NCBI RefSeq assembly: GCF_001194135.2
Contig: NC_068982.1
Location: 627,424-691,423 of the forward strand
Reading direction: 5' to 3'
DNA length: 64,000 bases
Source: Octopus bimaculoides
Taxonomy: Eukaryota
This document shows, one piece after another, positions 41,801 through 54,875 of the stretch. How positions within the stretch are numbered: the stretch's first letter is position 1; every line of letters begins with the position of its first letter. Position numbers and translations under genes: made by a program. Under the pieces are notes generated by a model that worked only from the letters and a program-made list of their open reading frames with translations, had not been told where the DNA came from and did not search any database.

Positions 41801-42512
41801 AAGGGGAATTTGACAAGACAGTCAGTCGGACGCTGACACTCGTTGATGCTGCATCGAAGAGGCCAGGGAATAGAAGAAAGAAGACATGCACCCAACACCA
41901 GAGCTGAAGACACCTCCAAAAGGGGGGGGGGGTCGCCACGTCAAACCGGTAGAGGAGTAGGGGCCGAAACCGGACGTGGTTCCTCCTGATGATGTCTTGA
42001 GCTAACTGGGTCCTATAAAGGAGCTGTTGTGGTAGCAGACCTTGAAACATGGTTAAAATTCCTCCTATATATAGATTCAGATGAATATGGTACTTAAGTT
42101 GAGGCACCAGAATTTAGTATAGTATTATCCATACAATTTCAAAATAAGGTGATTAAAATCATATTAAATGGTGTTGCTTGAAACGATTGTACTGCATTAC
42201 CTCTGGGTATCCTTGTTGCTTATTTTGATTTTATATATATATATATATATATACATATGGTTTTATTTTCAGGAAGAAAGGTTTTTAATATTGATGCAGT
42301 CACAGGAGAGATAAAAACAGCCTTCGATATGTTGAATATTTCTACAGTAAATTCTTTCTCACTGACTGTGATAGCAACTGATAACGGTCTTCGTCGTTTG
42401 AATGCAAAAGCAAATGTCATAGTCAAAATTGAATTTTTGATCACGAAAGAACCAAGAATTCTTCAACCAGGACCTGGACAAAACGCAAGAGTTTATGAGG
42501 TGCAATTATCTA

Positions 42513-42591
<79 letters not shown>

Positions 42592-45500
42592 GCTGTCTGT
42601 GTGTCAGTGTATGTCTGCTGGTGTGTTTTATCTACCTTCATATCTGTCTATATGTATGCATATATATATATATGTACACATGTGTTTATACACACATACA
42701 CACACACATATACATTCATATATGTATATGTATATATACATATATACATGTTGGTGTCTTGATGATTGTGTGGGTAAAGACAGGGAGATATCAACCTAGA
42801 CAAAGGATGTTGAATCCTTTCTAGACTTTAGTTAAAATTTTTTCTCAAAGTTATGCCCCAGCATGGCTGCAGTCTAATGACTGAAACAAGTAAAAGGCAT
42901 ATATATATATATACCGTAAATACTCGAGTATAATCTGCATTTTTTCCCCCAAATTTAAAGGTCAAAATCCCTAATGCGTACTATATACGAGGTTAAAAAT
43001 GAAAAATATTTGCTAAGTAATGCCCGAGTCTCTATTTGCTGTGGCAATGTTTATTCAGACGCTTTTTGTGATGTCGGGCGCGAAAATACCTTGAAAGCAA
43101 TGAAATCATGAAAGAATCATCCATAACTTGCAGTAAGCAACATTTATTAAAATAAAGATGTTGTATATCGTCTGCACTGGATGGTTCTCAGGATGACGTT
43201 GTATGGAAAGATGAAATAAACGAAAGTGAATCTTTTGATGTTGACTATGAATCTGACGATGACGGAGATTTACACTACAATGATGCTGACATGTTTACGG
43301 AGGAACAAATGGAAGAGTTATTTGATTCTGAAAGTGACGTTGAATTTGAAGGATTTGAATAAATGTTTTTGCTTTTGCTTTTATAACTCATAGTGATAAA
43401 TATGTAAAGGCAATTTACTTAATATTTATTTTTCCCTGACATTATTACTGTTATTTCTTTATTTTCTACAAACAAAGTGCACAAAAAGCTACACGTTTGC
43501 ATTATGTTATATATACAATAATAATAAAGGACGTTACTGTAAACCAAGGACGTTATATAGACCTCCTTGACTCAAGTTAGAGAAGGGGTGTGTATTATAC
43601 ACAAGGTTTATGTTTTTCAGAGGTACAGCCCCCTAAAAATCCCCTGTGTATTATACTCAAGGGTGGACTATACTCGAGGATTTACGGTATATAATGACTG
43701 ACATATTCTTTCAGATTCCTGAAGGTCTTAATATGTAAGCCATCGTTCTGAATCTTGTTGTTCTCCGTGTATACGACAATTTATTATCTGTTGGCAAATA
43801 CCAGAATGCATCAGTAAATAATTCGTCAGCTAAATTTATAAACAAGAGCCATACACTCAAGTTAGATTTATTAGTTGAGGGTAGGTTTGGCCTAGGAGAC
43901 TCAGTGATGACGAAACATCAGCTGTCTCAAAATCCCCTAACAAGCTAATGAATTGAGAGTGTCATGACCAAACATTCATCTTTAAGTACTTGTTCTCCAA
44001 TGACAAAATACAACAGTGATAAGCATATTTACTTTCGAATCGGCCGCTCACTGTGCACCTGACAATAATAAATCGTTATGAGCTCAATGAACAGTGAGAG
44101 TCAAGAGTGGCTTACTTATACAGTCTTAACCTGTTCTGCTAGATTTGAAGCTGATGCAAATCCACAGAAACAAGAAATATATTGAAAGACAAATAATGGT
44201 GAAAGAACACAAAATGAATTGGCAAATCCAAATGATAGAAGCAAAGAATTCTAGCATTCAATCAAGAAGATATGTTTATCCACACATAAAAATATCTATT
44301 TTGACCAGAGCAATGTTTCTTCCATTTTGTATTACTTTATTGAAACACAAATATTTGACTAAAGAAATTCAACTCTTATAATTATATTTTAGAACCAGCC
44401 AAATGGAACTTATGTGTTTCAAGTGGTTGCCAGAGCTCGACAAGATTCCAATGTTTCATATTCTCTTGTTTCTGGTGAAGCGATTTCTACGTTATTTCAA
44501 ATAGATCCTATTTCTGGAATCATAACTACAATAGCACCTCTAGATAGAGAGAAACAGAGCATTTACAATGTAAGTATATTTTCTTGAGTTATTTAATCAT
44601 AATTTTTAGATTGTGATAGTTCTCCTTGTTAGTCAGAAGCAAGCCACAAAGATATACAGTAGAACATCTGCCTGAATCCAACACTAAAGTTTCAAACTAA
44701 AATCCTTACGGAATCGATTTTATTTTCATTTCTGTGTGGCTGATGAAAATCATTATCAAATTTGTGTTGTGGATATGTCTAAGAATGAGTAAAAAAAGAA
44801 ACATTAGTGGTAGATGAAAATGGAGTTTTGTGGCTTCCTGTAGAAAATCTCATTGGTGTAACAATTGCTTTCGACAATTCTAGAATCAATAAGTTAAATT
44901 TGGGTCAATATAACTGGATTTAATGTAAATTGTACATTTTAAAGTAAACAATTTTTTACTGAGATTCCGTAAGAAATATGCAAAAAAAAAAAAAATGCAT
45001 GAATTTAGATTAACTAATTTTAAAATCTCGAGTTATGTCGTGCTGAAGGGTCCAGAAACAGGACGAAATAGAACTATCCACAGTTATCAGAAAACTTTAA
45101 GGACTTTCATGAAAAAAATAAAGGAATTATAAGGAAATATATGTATGTACGTTTGACTTTTTGATAATGATTTCTCAACATAAGAAAAATAGACTTGGAA
45201 AGCTTTTCTTCCCTTAAGTAGCAATTCCTAGTAATTTCATCTCGTGTATATTTTTATTTATTATGTAACAACTTGTAACTATTGTTATACCTGATCAGAT
45301 AGTTATTGAAGCTGCTGACACATTAAATATGAATTACACCAGCACAAGGCAGTTGCGTGTTCTTGTACTTGATGTCGATGACAACAGACCGACTTTTGCT
45401 TCATGTTCGTCGGTAAGTAAAAAGAAAACCAATGTGTGTGTATGCGTGATTTTTTTTTATTCTCTCTCTCTTTATTTCTTCGTGTTCCTTTCTGTTGAAG

Positions 45501-48500
45501 AGCATAGGCTCAAAACATAACAGACTTTCCCACCTTCCCGAGCATCAAACTAATACACTTGCTTGTTATTTATACGCCTGTCTTCGTCTTTTGTTTTTCT
45601 GTAAATTTCAAATGTATATATATATATATATATATCATCATCATTGTTTAACGTCTGCTTTCCATGCTGGCATGGGTTGAATGATTTGACTGAGGACTGG
45701 TGAACCAGATGGCTGCACCAGGCTCCAATCTGATCTGGCAGAGTTTCTACAGTTGGATGCCCTTCCTAACGCCAACCACTCTGAGAGTGTAGTGGGTGCT
45801 TTTACGTGCCAGCAGCACGAGCACCAGTCAGGCAGTACTGGCAACGGCCACACTCAAATGGTGTTTTTTACGTGCCACCCGCACGGGGACCAATCAGCGG
45901 CCCTGGCAACAATCAGTCTCAGATGGTGCTCTTAGTGCTCCACTAGCACGGATGCCAGTCATTTGGTGCTGTCATCGAATTTGATTTCGGTTTCACTTGC
46001 CTGAACAAGTCTTCGCAAGCAGAGTTTTAGTGTCCAATGAAGGATAGGTACACATAAGTGGGCTGGTTACACCACTGGCATAGGCCACGGGTTATGGTCT
46101 CACTTGGCTTGCTGGGTCTTCTCCAGCACAGCATATTTCCAAAGGAGGTCTCGGTCATTAGTCATTGCCTCGGTGAGGCCCAACGTTCGAAGGTCGTGCT
46201 TCACCACCTCATCCCAGGTCTTCCAGTTTCCCTCAACCGCTAGGGTGTGATACTTTTTCACACAGTTATCCTCATCCATTTGCACCACGTGACCATACCA
46301 GCGCAATCGTCTCTCTTGCACACCACAACTGATGCTTCTTAGGTCCAACTTTTCTCTCAAGGCACTTACACTCTGTCGAGTTTGCACACTGACATTACAC
46401 ATCCAGCAGAGCATACTGGCTTCATTCCTTGCGAGCTTACACATGTCCTCAGCAGCCACAGCCCATGTTTCACTGCCATGTAGCATGGATGTTCATACAC
46501 ATGCATCATACAGTTTGCCTTTTATTCTGAGCGAGAGGCCTTTTGTCACCATCAGAGGTAGGAGCTCTCTCAACTTTGCTCAGGCTATTCTTATTCTAGC
46601 AGCTACACTTTCAGAGCACCTACCCCTGCTACTGACTTGGTCACCTAGGTAACAGAAGCTATCAACTACTTCTACTTTTTCTCCCTGGAATGTAGCAGAA
46701 GTTGCTCTCTGCACATTTTCTGTGTTTATTGTTCCTGAGCATCTGCCACATACAAAAACTAACTTCCTAGTTAGCCTTCCTTTGATATTGCTGCACCTCT
46801 TATGTGTCCATAGCTTACACTGGGTACATCTTATGGAGTTTCTACCTACGCCTTTTCTATAGATCGAGCAGGGCCATCTACCTGAAAGGGTTTGTGTTTT
46901 GTCTACCTTCCTACTTATTAGAACTTTGGTTTTAGCTAGGTGTACTCTAAGGCCCTTCGATTCTAATCCTTTCTTCCACACCTGAAACTTCTCCTCTAGT
47001 TCTGATAGTGACTCAGCAATTAGCACAAGGTTGTCAGCATAGAAGAACTCTCAGGGGCATCCTGTCTTGAATTCCTGTGTTATTTACTGGAGGACTATGA
47101 TAAATAGGAGGGGGCTGAGGACTGAACCTTGGTGGACCCCTACCTCTACTCAGAATTCTTCACTACTCATTGCCAACCTTCACCTTACTGACAGCATCCC
47201 TGGACGTGGCTCACGCAGCTCTCACTAACAATTCATCTATCCCTAGTTTTCTCATTGACCACCAGATAAGGGATCAGGGGACCCCGTCAAAGGCTTTCTC
47301 CATGTCAATGAAAGCCAAGTACATAGGTTCATCTTTAGCTAGCATCAATGGTGCTTTTCCCTGGCACAAACCCGAACTGCATCTCATCTAAACTGTCTCT
47401 CTCATTAATTAGTTGGGCTATGACCCTCTCTGTGACCTTCATTACCTGATCCAACAACTTGATACCTCTATAATTATTTGTATCTAAAGCGTCACTTTTA
47501 CCTTTGTAGCAGTTGACTATGGTGATGCTACACCATTCATTGGGTATGACTCCTTCCTAGCTTCCCTTCTGGTGGTCTGATACAATTCCCTGCTACCACC
47601 GTTCTTCCAGTCCTTCCAAGCCTGTTTCTTTTGTCTAATAGCCATGTCAACCACATTGTTCCACCACCACGTTACTTTGTGTTGAGAGAGGACTTTGCAC
47701 CATCCACAGATCTGGTCAGCGGCCCTCAGCAGGTTGTCCCGTAGAAACCTCCAATTGTCTTCCACATCATGTGATGCTATATCCCCTTCTATTTTGTGAA
47801 AGACTTCGAGTAATATGTCTCTAAATCTCTGTCCATTTGCAGGATCTTTAAGCTTCCATAACATTCTCCTCCATGCTGGTTGTCTTCTGGGCATCCATTT
47901 AGCTCTGATCCCGAAGTCGCTAACTACTAGTCTATGTTGAGGGGTACATTCTTCACCTGGGAAGGTTTTGGTATTTATAAGCAGCCCTCTTTCCCTTTTT
48001 CTGTCGAGGATGTAGTCAAATTGGCTAGTGTGTCTGTCAGAACGGTAGGTGACTGGCAGGTTTCCTGAAGTTGGTATTGCAAACCATAAGATCATTTGTA
48101 TCACAAAACTCCAGCAGCCTGGTTCCCTCCTCATTACGGGAACCAAAGCCATAGCCTCCATGTATGCCATGGAAGCTTCCTTGCATGCTGTCCAATATGT
48201 CCATTGAAGTCACCAGCCACAAAGAGAAGGTCCCTGTCACTTGTCAACGAGGTAGTCTACAAGAGGGTGTTATAAAATCAGTCTTTCTGTCCATCCGGTA
48301 ACCCCGGTTGAGGGGAATTGGCCGAGATAATGGTTGCTAACCTATGATGAAGCATTGCTACTGCGCCGGGATAGGTTTGTTTTTTAGGGAATTTTTGTTC
48401 ATATTAAAGATTCTATAACACTTATGTATTCCCCCAAAAAGCTATATAGTCCACATGAGATCCAAAAATTCTCTGTATAAAAGACACTGCTATCTGGACC

Positions 48501-50390
48501 ACAAACTAACCCCCACTTTCTCCACCTCCCTTTATCTTCTCTCATACCTTTCTACATAATCTTAGTAATCTCCCTCTGTCACTGAACTAGACACTTTACC
48601 TGCCTCAAATAATTGCCATTCCTTTTCTCACTATCTCAGCATCCAATAATTCTATAACTATTTATCCCTAAACTTTGATACCTAGGCACAAACCCTGCAC
48701 AATGGACTCACCTTCAAATAATATCTCTCCATCTCTACTACCACCTCCCTTAGTACTCTCATTATTAACCCTTCACTCTTCTTAAACTACTTTCTCTCTT
48801 CTCACCGTTCCATGTCCTAATACTCCCCTTAACCCCACCGGCCTTCCTTCTTCCCCCTCTAACTCTCCACATTTAATCCTTCCATCTTTGAACTTTTCTG
48901 CATTAAGATCTGAAATGTAAGATCTTCTCTTCCCTGATGACGGAAGCTCGTCTCATCCTATGTTAATTACATCTATACGGCCACATATTGTGATGAGCTA
49001 AATCTACAAACATTATCATGGATTGCTTTCTTCCACCCCTTTTTCTCTGTTGTTTGTACTCTGTGCAAGTCGGATCTCTTAATACAGATTTCTCTAGATT
49101 TATACTTAAAAAATCTGAAAGTCTTCACCTTTTGCTTTCTCTCATGTTCTAAGTATACATATTCTGCATTTCTTACCATAATTATTATATTTAATATATT
49201 TGATGTATCGTATTTGTTTATGCGCATAATTACATATATATATATATATGTATATATATATTTATATTTATATATATATTTGAACATTCAATTTTGTAGA
49301 ATCCTGAAACGAAGCAAATCAATGTATTTGAAAACTCTCCGGTTAAGACTTACGTGACTCAAATATCTGGCTGTGATAAAGATTTGTTTCCATACAATAA
49401 AATGGCTTATGTTTGGGCTGACCACAAAACTTGTAAGACGTATTTTCAAAAATCATCTTTCCACATTTGAATTAATGACGTGTTAATAGTATTCGTTTTA
49501 TTGCTATGAGAACATACCAGAGAACCTATCTGTAGTGTTTGTAATCAAAACTTTATGTTAAATCAATTGGAAATTTTATATTTATAGAAAGCAAAATACT
49601 CACAGAAAGAGAAAAAAAGGAACAGTAGTGAATGTGCGAGATATGTTCTGGTGTAGGTGCATGACTCGGTGGTTAGGGGTTTCGGCTCATGATATTAACC
49701 CTTTCGTTACCAACCTGGCAGAAACCGCTTCTGGCCCTGTAGTACAAATGTCTTGTTTTTATAAGTTTTGAATTAAAATCTTCCACTAAATCTTAGTCAC
49801 AATTTATGTTCCTAACACTAGCTGAATGATAACAAAGTTATTTTACTAAATTCTTTGTTATATTTAAAATTCATTGAAAGAAACACAGAACATCTCAACA
49901 GAAATCCAGTAACGAAAGGGTTAAGGTTGTGAGTTCAGTTCCTGGTGGCATGTTGTGTTCTTGAGCAAGACACTTTATTTCACGCTGTTCCAGTCCACTC
50001 AGATGGCAAAAATGAGTTGCACTTTTATTTCAAAAGGGGCCAACCATGTCACATTCAGTGTGTCATGTTGAATCTCCCTGAGAACTACGTTAAGGGTACG
50101 AGTGTTTGTGGAGTGTTCAGCCACTTGCACGTTAATTTCACGTCGTAACCGATGGAATGCAAGTTTTTTTTAAAAAAAATGTCTTCTATGGTACATTATT
50201 GCAATGAAAAGAAACACTATGAAGACAAAATTTTTCTTTAACTTGTTCAACTGACATCATTTTTGCATCACCGTGGCTCTGCTGCCTCCTGCATCTCCAG
50301 AACTTTCTTCACAATCCGCATCATGCCATTCACTATAACGAAGCTTCTCATTAACAGATCATTATCCGAAAAAACTATGACTACTATTAT

Positions 50391-50440
<50 letters not shown>

Positions 50441-51012
50441 TCTATTATATATATAAGCCCTGAAATTTTTAAGGGGAATAGGCTAGTTGATTACTTCAAC
50501 CGCAGTGTGCAACTGGTACTTATCGACCCTGAGAGGATGAGAGATGAAATTGACCCCTTGCAGAATTTGGACTCAGAATGTAAAGACAGTTGAGCATGTC
50601 CCTTAGTGGCTTCACCAGTTGAGCATGTCCCTTAGTGGCTGACGATATGTGCATCTCTGGTCATGAGCAGAAGTAGTGGGGAAGCATCATAGCCATGTGT
50701 TGAGATGAATACTTTGGGGTTTGAGTAATTCACCAGTGGAAACATGGGTGTTTTGTTCATCATACTTAAACAACCCTTATTCAGGGACCTTTTGAGTGAG
50801 ATGAGCTACTTGACCTGAAGAAAATTCTAACTGGGCCCCACCTCCAAAGTCATACGCTGTTTATCTTGATACGAGATCACCATGTCACTCACATATGGTT
50901 ATGATGCATGTGCCTGGTGTAACCTGATCAGACAAGTAGTCACGATGGGTATATTGGGTTTCATATATTTTAGCCCAGTGTCACTTTGACGGCATGCTCT
51001 GCTCTCTCACTC

Positions 51013-51066
<54 letters not shown>

Positions 51067-52117
51067 GATAATAATTTCTTGAATTTGCTATGAGAACAAA
51101 GGATAAGAAGGGTAATGAAAAAGTCTGTGAATTTACATGGAAAAGCCAAATTAAAGAAATATTTGTCTACCATATAGTCAAGTATTCATGATATACTAAT
51201 AATGAAAAATTGTTGATGGGATTATCTGACAGGACTAATATTTATGATGTAGTTGATCTTTATATATTAGATATACTAAAACCCAAGTTCCCATCCCACG
51301 ACATTCGTCTATACCAGTGGTTCCCAAACAGTGTAGTGCGCCTCATAGAAGCAGCGGAAGAGAAAAAGCAGGTGAGGCAGAATGATTGAAAGACAAACAT
51401 TTAGAAACAGTTTCAAAAATTCATATACTAAAAATAAATATGATTTCCAAATTTAAAATATTATTATGGATTACCTGTAATTTCATGCAAGAGTCCCAAT
51501 ATAAATAATTATTGACCGATTCTATCATTGTGATATTTTTGCATTATATCAGGTGTTAAGAATATAGTAACAAGGATCCACATATTGGAGGAGAAAGTTA
51601 TCAATGATAATGTTCTGATTTCGAATCCGAGGTTATCTCCTTTAACCCTGTCTCTGGACCTTTGGTGGGGCATGAGCAAATTTCATTCCGAAAATGCAGC
51701 CCAGAGAAAAATCCATCCTATGTTAACCTATAATGGATACTAAGTGTCCAGGTACCAAATGCAGTGCAAGAAGACTCTTGAGGGCACAGAGACACTGTCC
51801 AAGTTTCACAACTATAGTGCAGGACAAGGAGGACCAGAAACCATAAGACCTAAAACTTTGTCCTTCTGCTCAGATATCGGCAACCCCAAACACCCTTGTG
51901 CAATGAGTCCACATCTACACCAGTTCGTCCAAGACATTTTAGAACTTCACACTTGCAGCCATTCTAGATCTGAAATGTAAACATATGGACAAGTCCCGAA
52001 TGAACCTACATCACAGGCAAGAAACTCAAGAGAAGGCAGCAATGTCCATGGCCTTTAGGCTTAAATGCATAAAAGAATACGCACACACACACACACACAT
52101 ATATGTACATACTTACC

Positions 52118-52161
<44 letters not shown>

Positions 52162-53511
52162 TTATGTATGTATCTATGTATGTGTATTTAAAACATTCAA
52201 TGATGATTGTGTTTTCCAGGTACTAATACCAACATGAACGCTTTTCTTCTGGAGCCACTATCAGGAGTCATATTAACTAATGCTTCTTTAGATTATGAAA
52301 AAATTTCAAAGTATACCTTATGTGTGCGAGTAGTGCCAGAATCGGAAGCTAATTCATCCTCTCCTAGAATTGAGGCTGATCAAATACAAAAAATAACGGT
52401 AAATGTTCAAGATAAGAATGATAATGGTCCACAATTCGATGTAGAAGAAAGATTTGCAGGTGAGTAAAAACAACTATATTGTTCATAAAATGTTTGAGAG
52501 CTGAACAAAATGGTAGTCTTTGATTCCTGGTTGATTTCTCACTCGTTCGTATTGAGGCTGGCATTCTAGCAGTTGAGAGATGCTATATTTTAGACTCAGT
52601 CGAAAATATTCGGAGTAATGAATAATTAATTTTCAATATCTAATTTGTCTTAATTGATCGTTGTACAATGCCATAGCAATTGACTATAATAGTGCAGTTG
52701 TGCAATGTGCAGTTGTGCAATGTGCAGTTGTGCAATGTGCAGTTGTGCAATGTGCAGTTGTGCAATGTGCAGTTGTGCAATGTGCAGTTGTNNNNNNNNN
52801 NATGTGCAGTTGTGCAATGTGCAGTTGTGCAATGTGCAGTTGTGCAGTGTGCAGTTGTGCAATGTGCAGTTGTGCAATGTGCAGTTGTGCAATGTGCAGT
52901 GTGTCTTTTACCTTTATTCTTTTCAATCATTATACTGTGGCACTGCCTTGGAGAAGTTTGGTCGAATGAATCGGGCCCCAAGGTTTATTTTTTAAGCCTA
53001 GTACTTTTCCTATAGCTCTCCTTTTTGTTGGCTAAACGACGGGGACGTAAACACACCAAATTGTCAAGTGGTAGTGGGAGACAAACAGGCACAAAGGCAC
53101 ACACACACACACACACACAAACGCAGGTTATGTCTGCTCTGGTAATTGGCGATGGCTAGGTCATTATCAATAATCGATGGCAAAATGAGCTGCTATGGAC
53201 CACACTGTCCTAACGTGTGTATGCATGTGACCAGGGACCACACGTGGACTTGTATTCCCACTGAAACTCCAAACATGAACTCCACACTTCAATAACGAAT
53301 GACAACTATGGCTATGGTGTCTGTGCTATCCGACAGGCTTGGCTCTCCCAATGGAGCATTTGTCAAATTTGCAAGCTGGATTATTTTATTCTACCTGCTG
53401 AGATGTCAGAGCCGACTGTTGGATGTGGTCAGCATTCGTGAAGGATGTGGTGAACTCGTTGGTCGGAACCTGCTCAATACAGCCCGAGTGAATACCGCCT
53501 TCATTACAAGT

Positions 53512-53566
<55 letters not shown>

Positions 53567-54840
53567 ATGCAGAGTTTACTTTTCTGTTAAGGTAATATCA
53601 GCAAAAAAGGACTCCATCTGGTGAGAGATAAACATTGCTTAATGTACACAATACATAGTTATGAGTTAGGAAGATCAGTGGTAGGAGCATCACGACTTTT
53701 GAAGTTGCCTTCACATAAATTCTTCTTTTCAAAAGTTGCTAACTACCTGCCCTCGTTCCAGTTTATGGATGAAAAGAAAGCCATTAAGTTGGTTAGCCAT
53801 GTGTGGGATTTGAAGACCAACTCCACACCACCACAATCAAGTGGAAAATCATTGAAAAGTTGATGCCATATGTTAATTGATAACAAATAATGCAAATTAT
53901 GTGTAGCTGATAGATCACATATCGTTTTTAAATCTAAGAATTCTACCACAATGCTGAATTCAGGATCAGAAATGATCAGCAAATACAAGCATATGGACAA
54001 GTTTCTTTTGGAGAACACCACCCTCCCCAAACCGAGCCGCTCTAATCACAGACTTTAGACATCTTCCGTTGATTCTACACCACATAGACTTACGACTCTA
54101 CAATCAAAGGGGATATAACTCTAATTCTTCTTTTTCCATTGTTCCTTTCTATTCACCGTTCCACTTTCTGAACACACCTTCATCTCGTGATTTTTCTCAT
54201 TCTCTTGTCCTGATTTGTAACTTGTATAGGCCATGTGCCCAGAGGTCCATGAAGATTACTTGGAAATATGAGGCATGTTTTAAAACCTGCCTAAATATAT
54301 CTTCAATGTATGAAACTTTTAATAGGTTATAACTATATACTGTGTACATTAAACTATATATATATACAGGGGTTGGACAAAATAACAGAAACACCTTAAA
54401 ATTTCAAACAAATTTATTTTAATATGGGGTAGGACCGCCTTTGGCAGTAATTACAGCTTGAATTCTATGGAGTATAGACTTGTACAAAATTTGAATTGTT
54501 TCCAAAGGAATTTTCGTCCATTCTTCAGCTAAAACAGTCTCCAATTCTGGCAGTGATGATGGTGGAGGATATTTCAGCTGTTTTCATTACGCTAGCACCT
54601 GCCATACGAACACCAACAATTTGACCTCTTTGAAAGTCCGATTGATCTGTCGTTTTAATGAATTTTAATTACCTTTTCCTGATGATATCTGAAAAAAACC
54701 CCAGCAATTTTAGCAAAACATATTAAGCAACACTAATGATAAATAAAAAAACATTAAAATAAACAAACTTTTGACGGTTTTATAAATATTTCAAAATTAT
54801 GATGCTATGATGCTAGGCGTTTCCATTGTTTTGTCCAACC

Positions 54841-54875
<35 letters not shown>

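Noticed and set aside
43895-43930. gtgatgacgaaac as a C-box snoRNA or hammerhead core
   Set aside because: No stem II between the motifs and no D box with terminal stem at a suitable distance.
53130-53515. GC-richer 400-bp block between CA repeats with short ORFs on both strands
   Set aside because: No recognisable protein motif or splice signals compatible with the cadherin; probably an unclassified TE relic.
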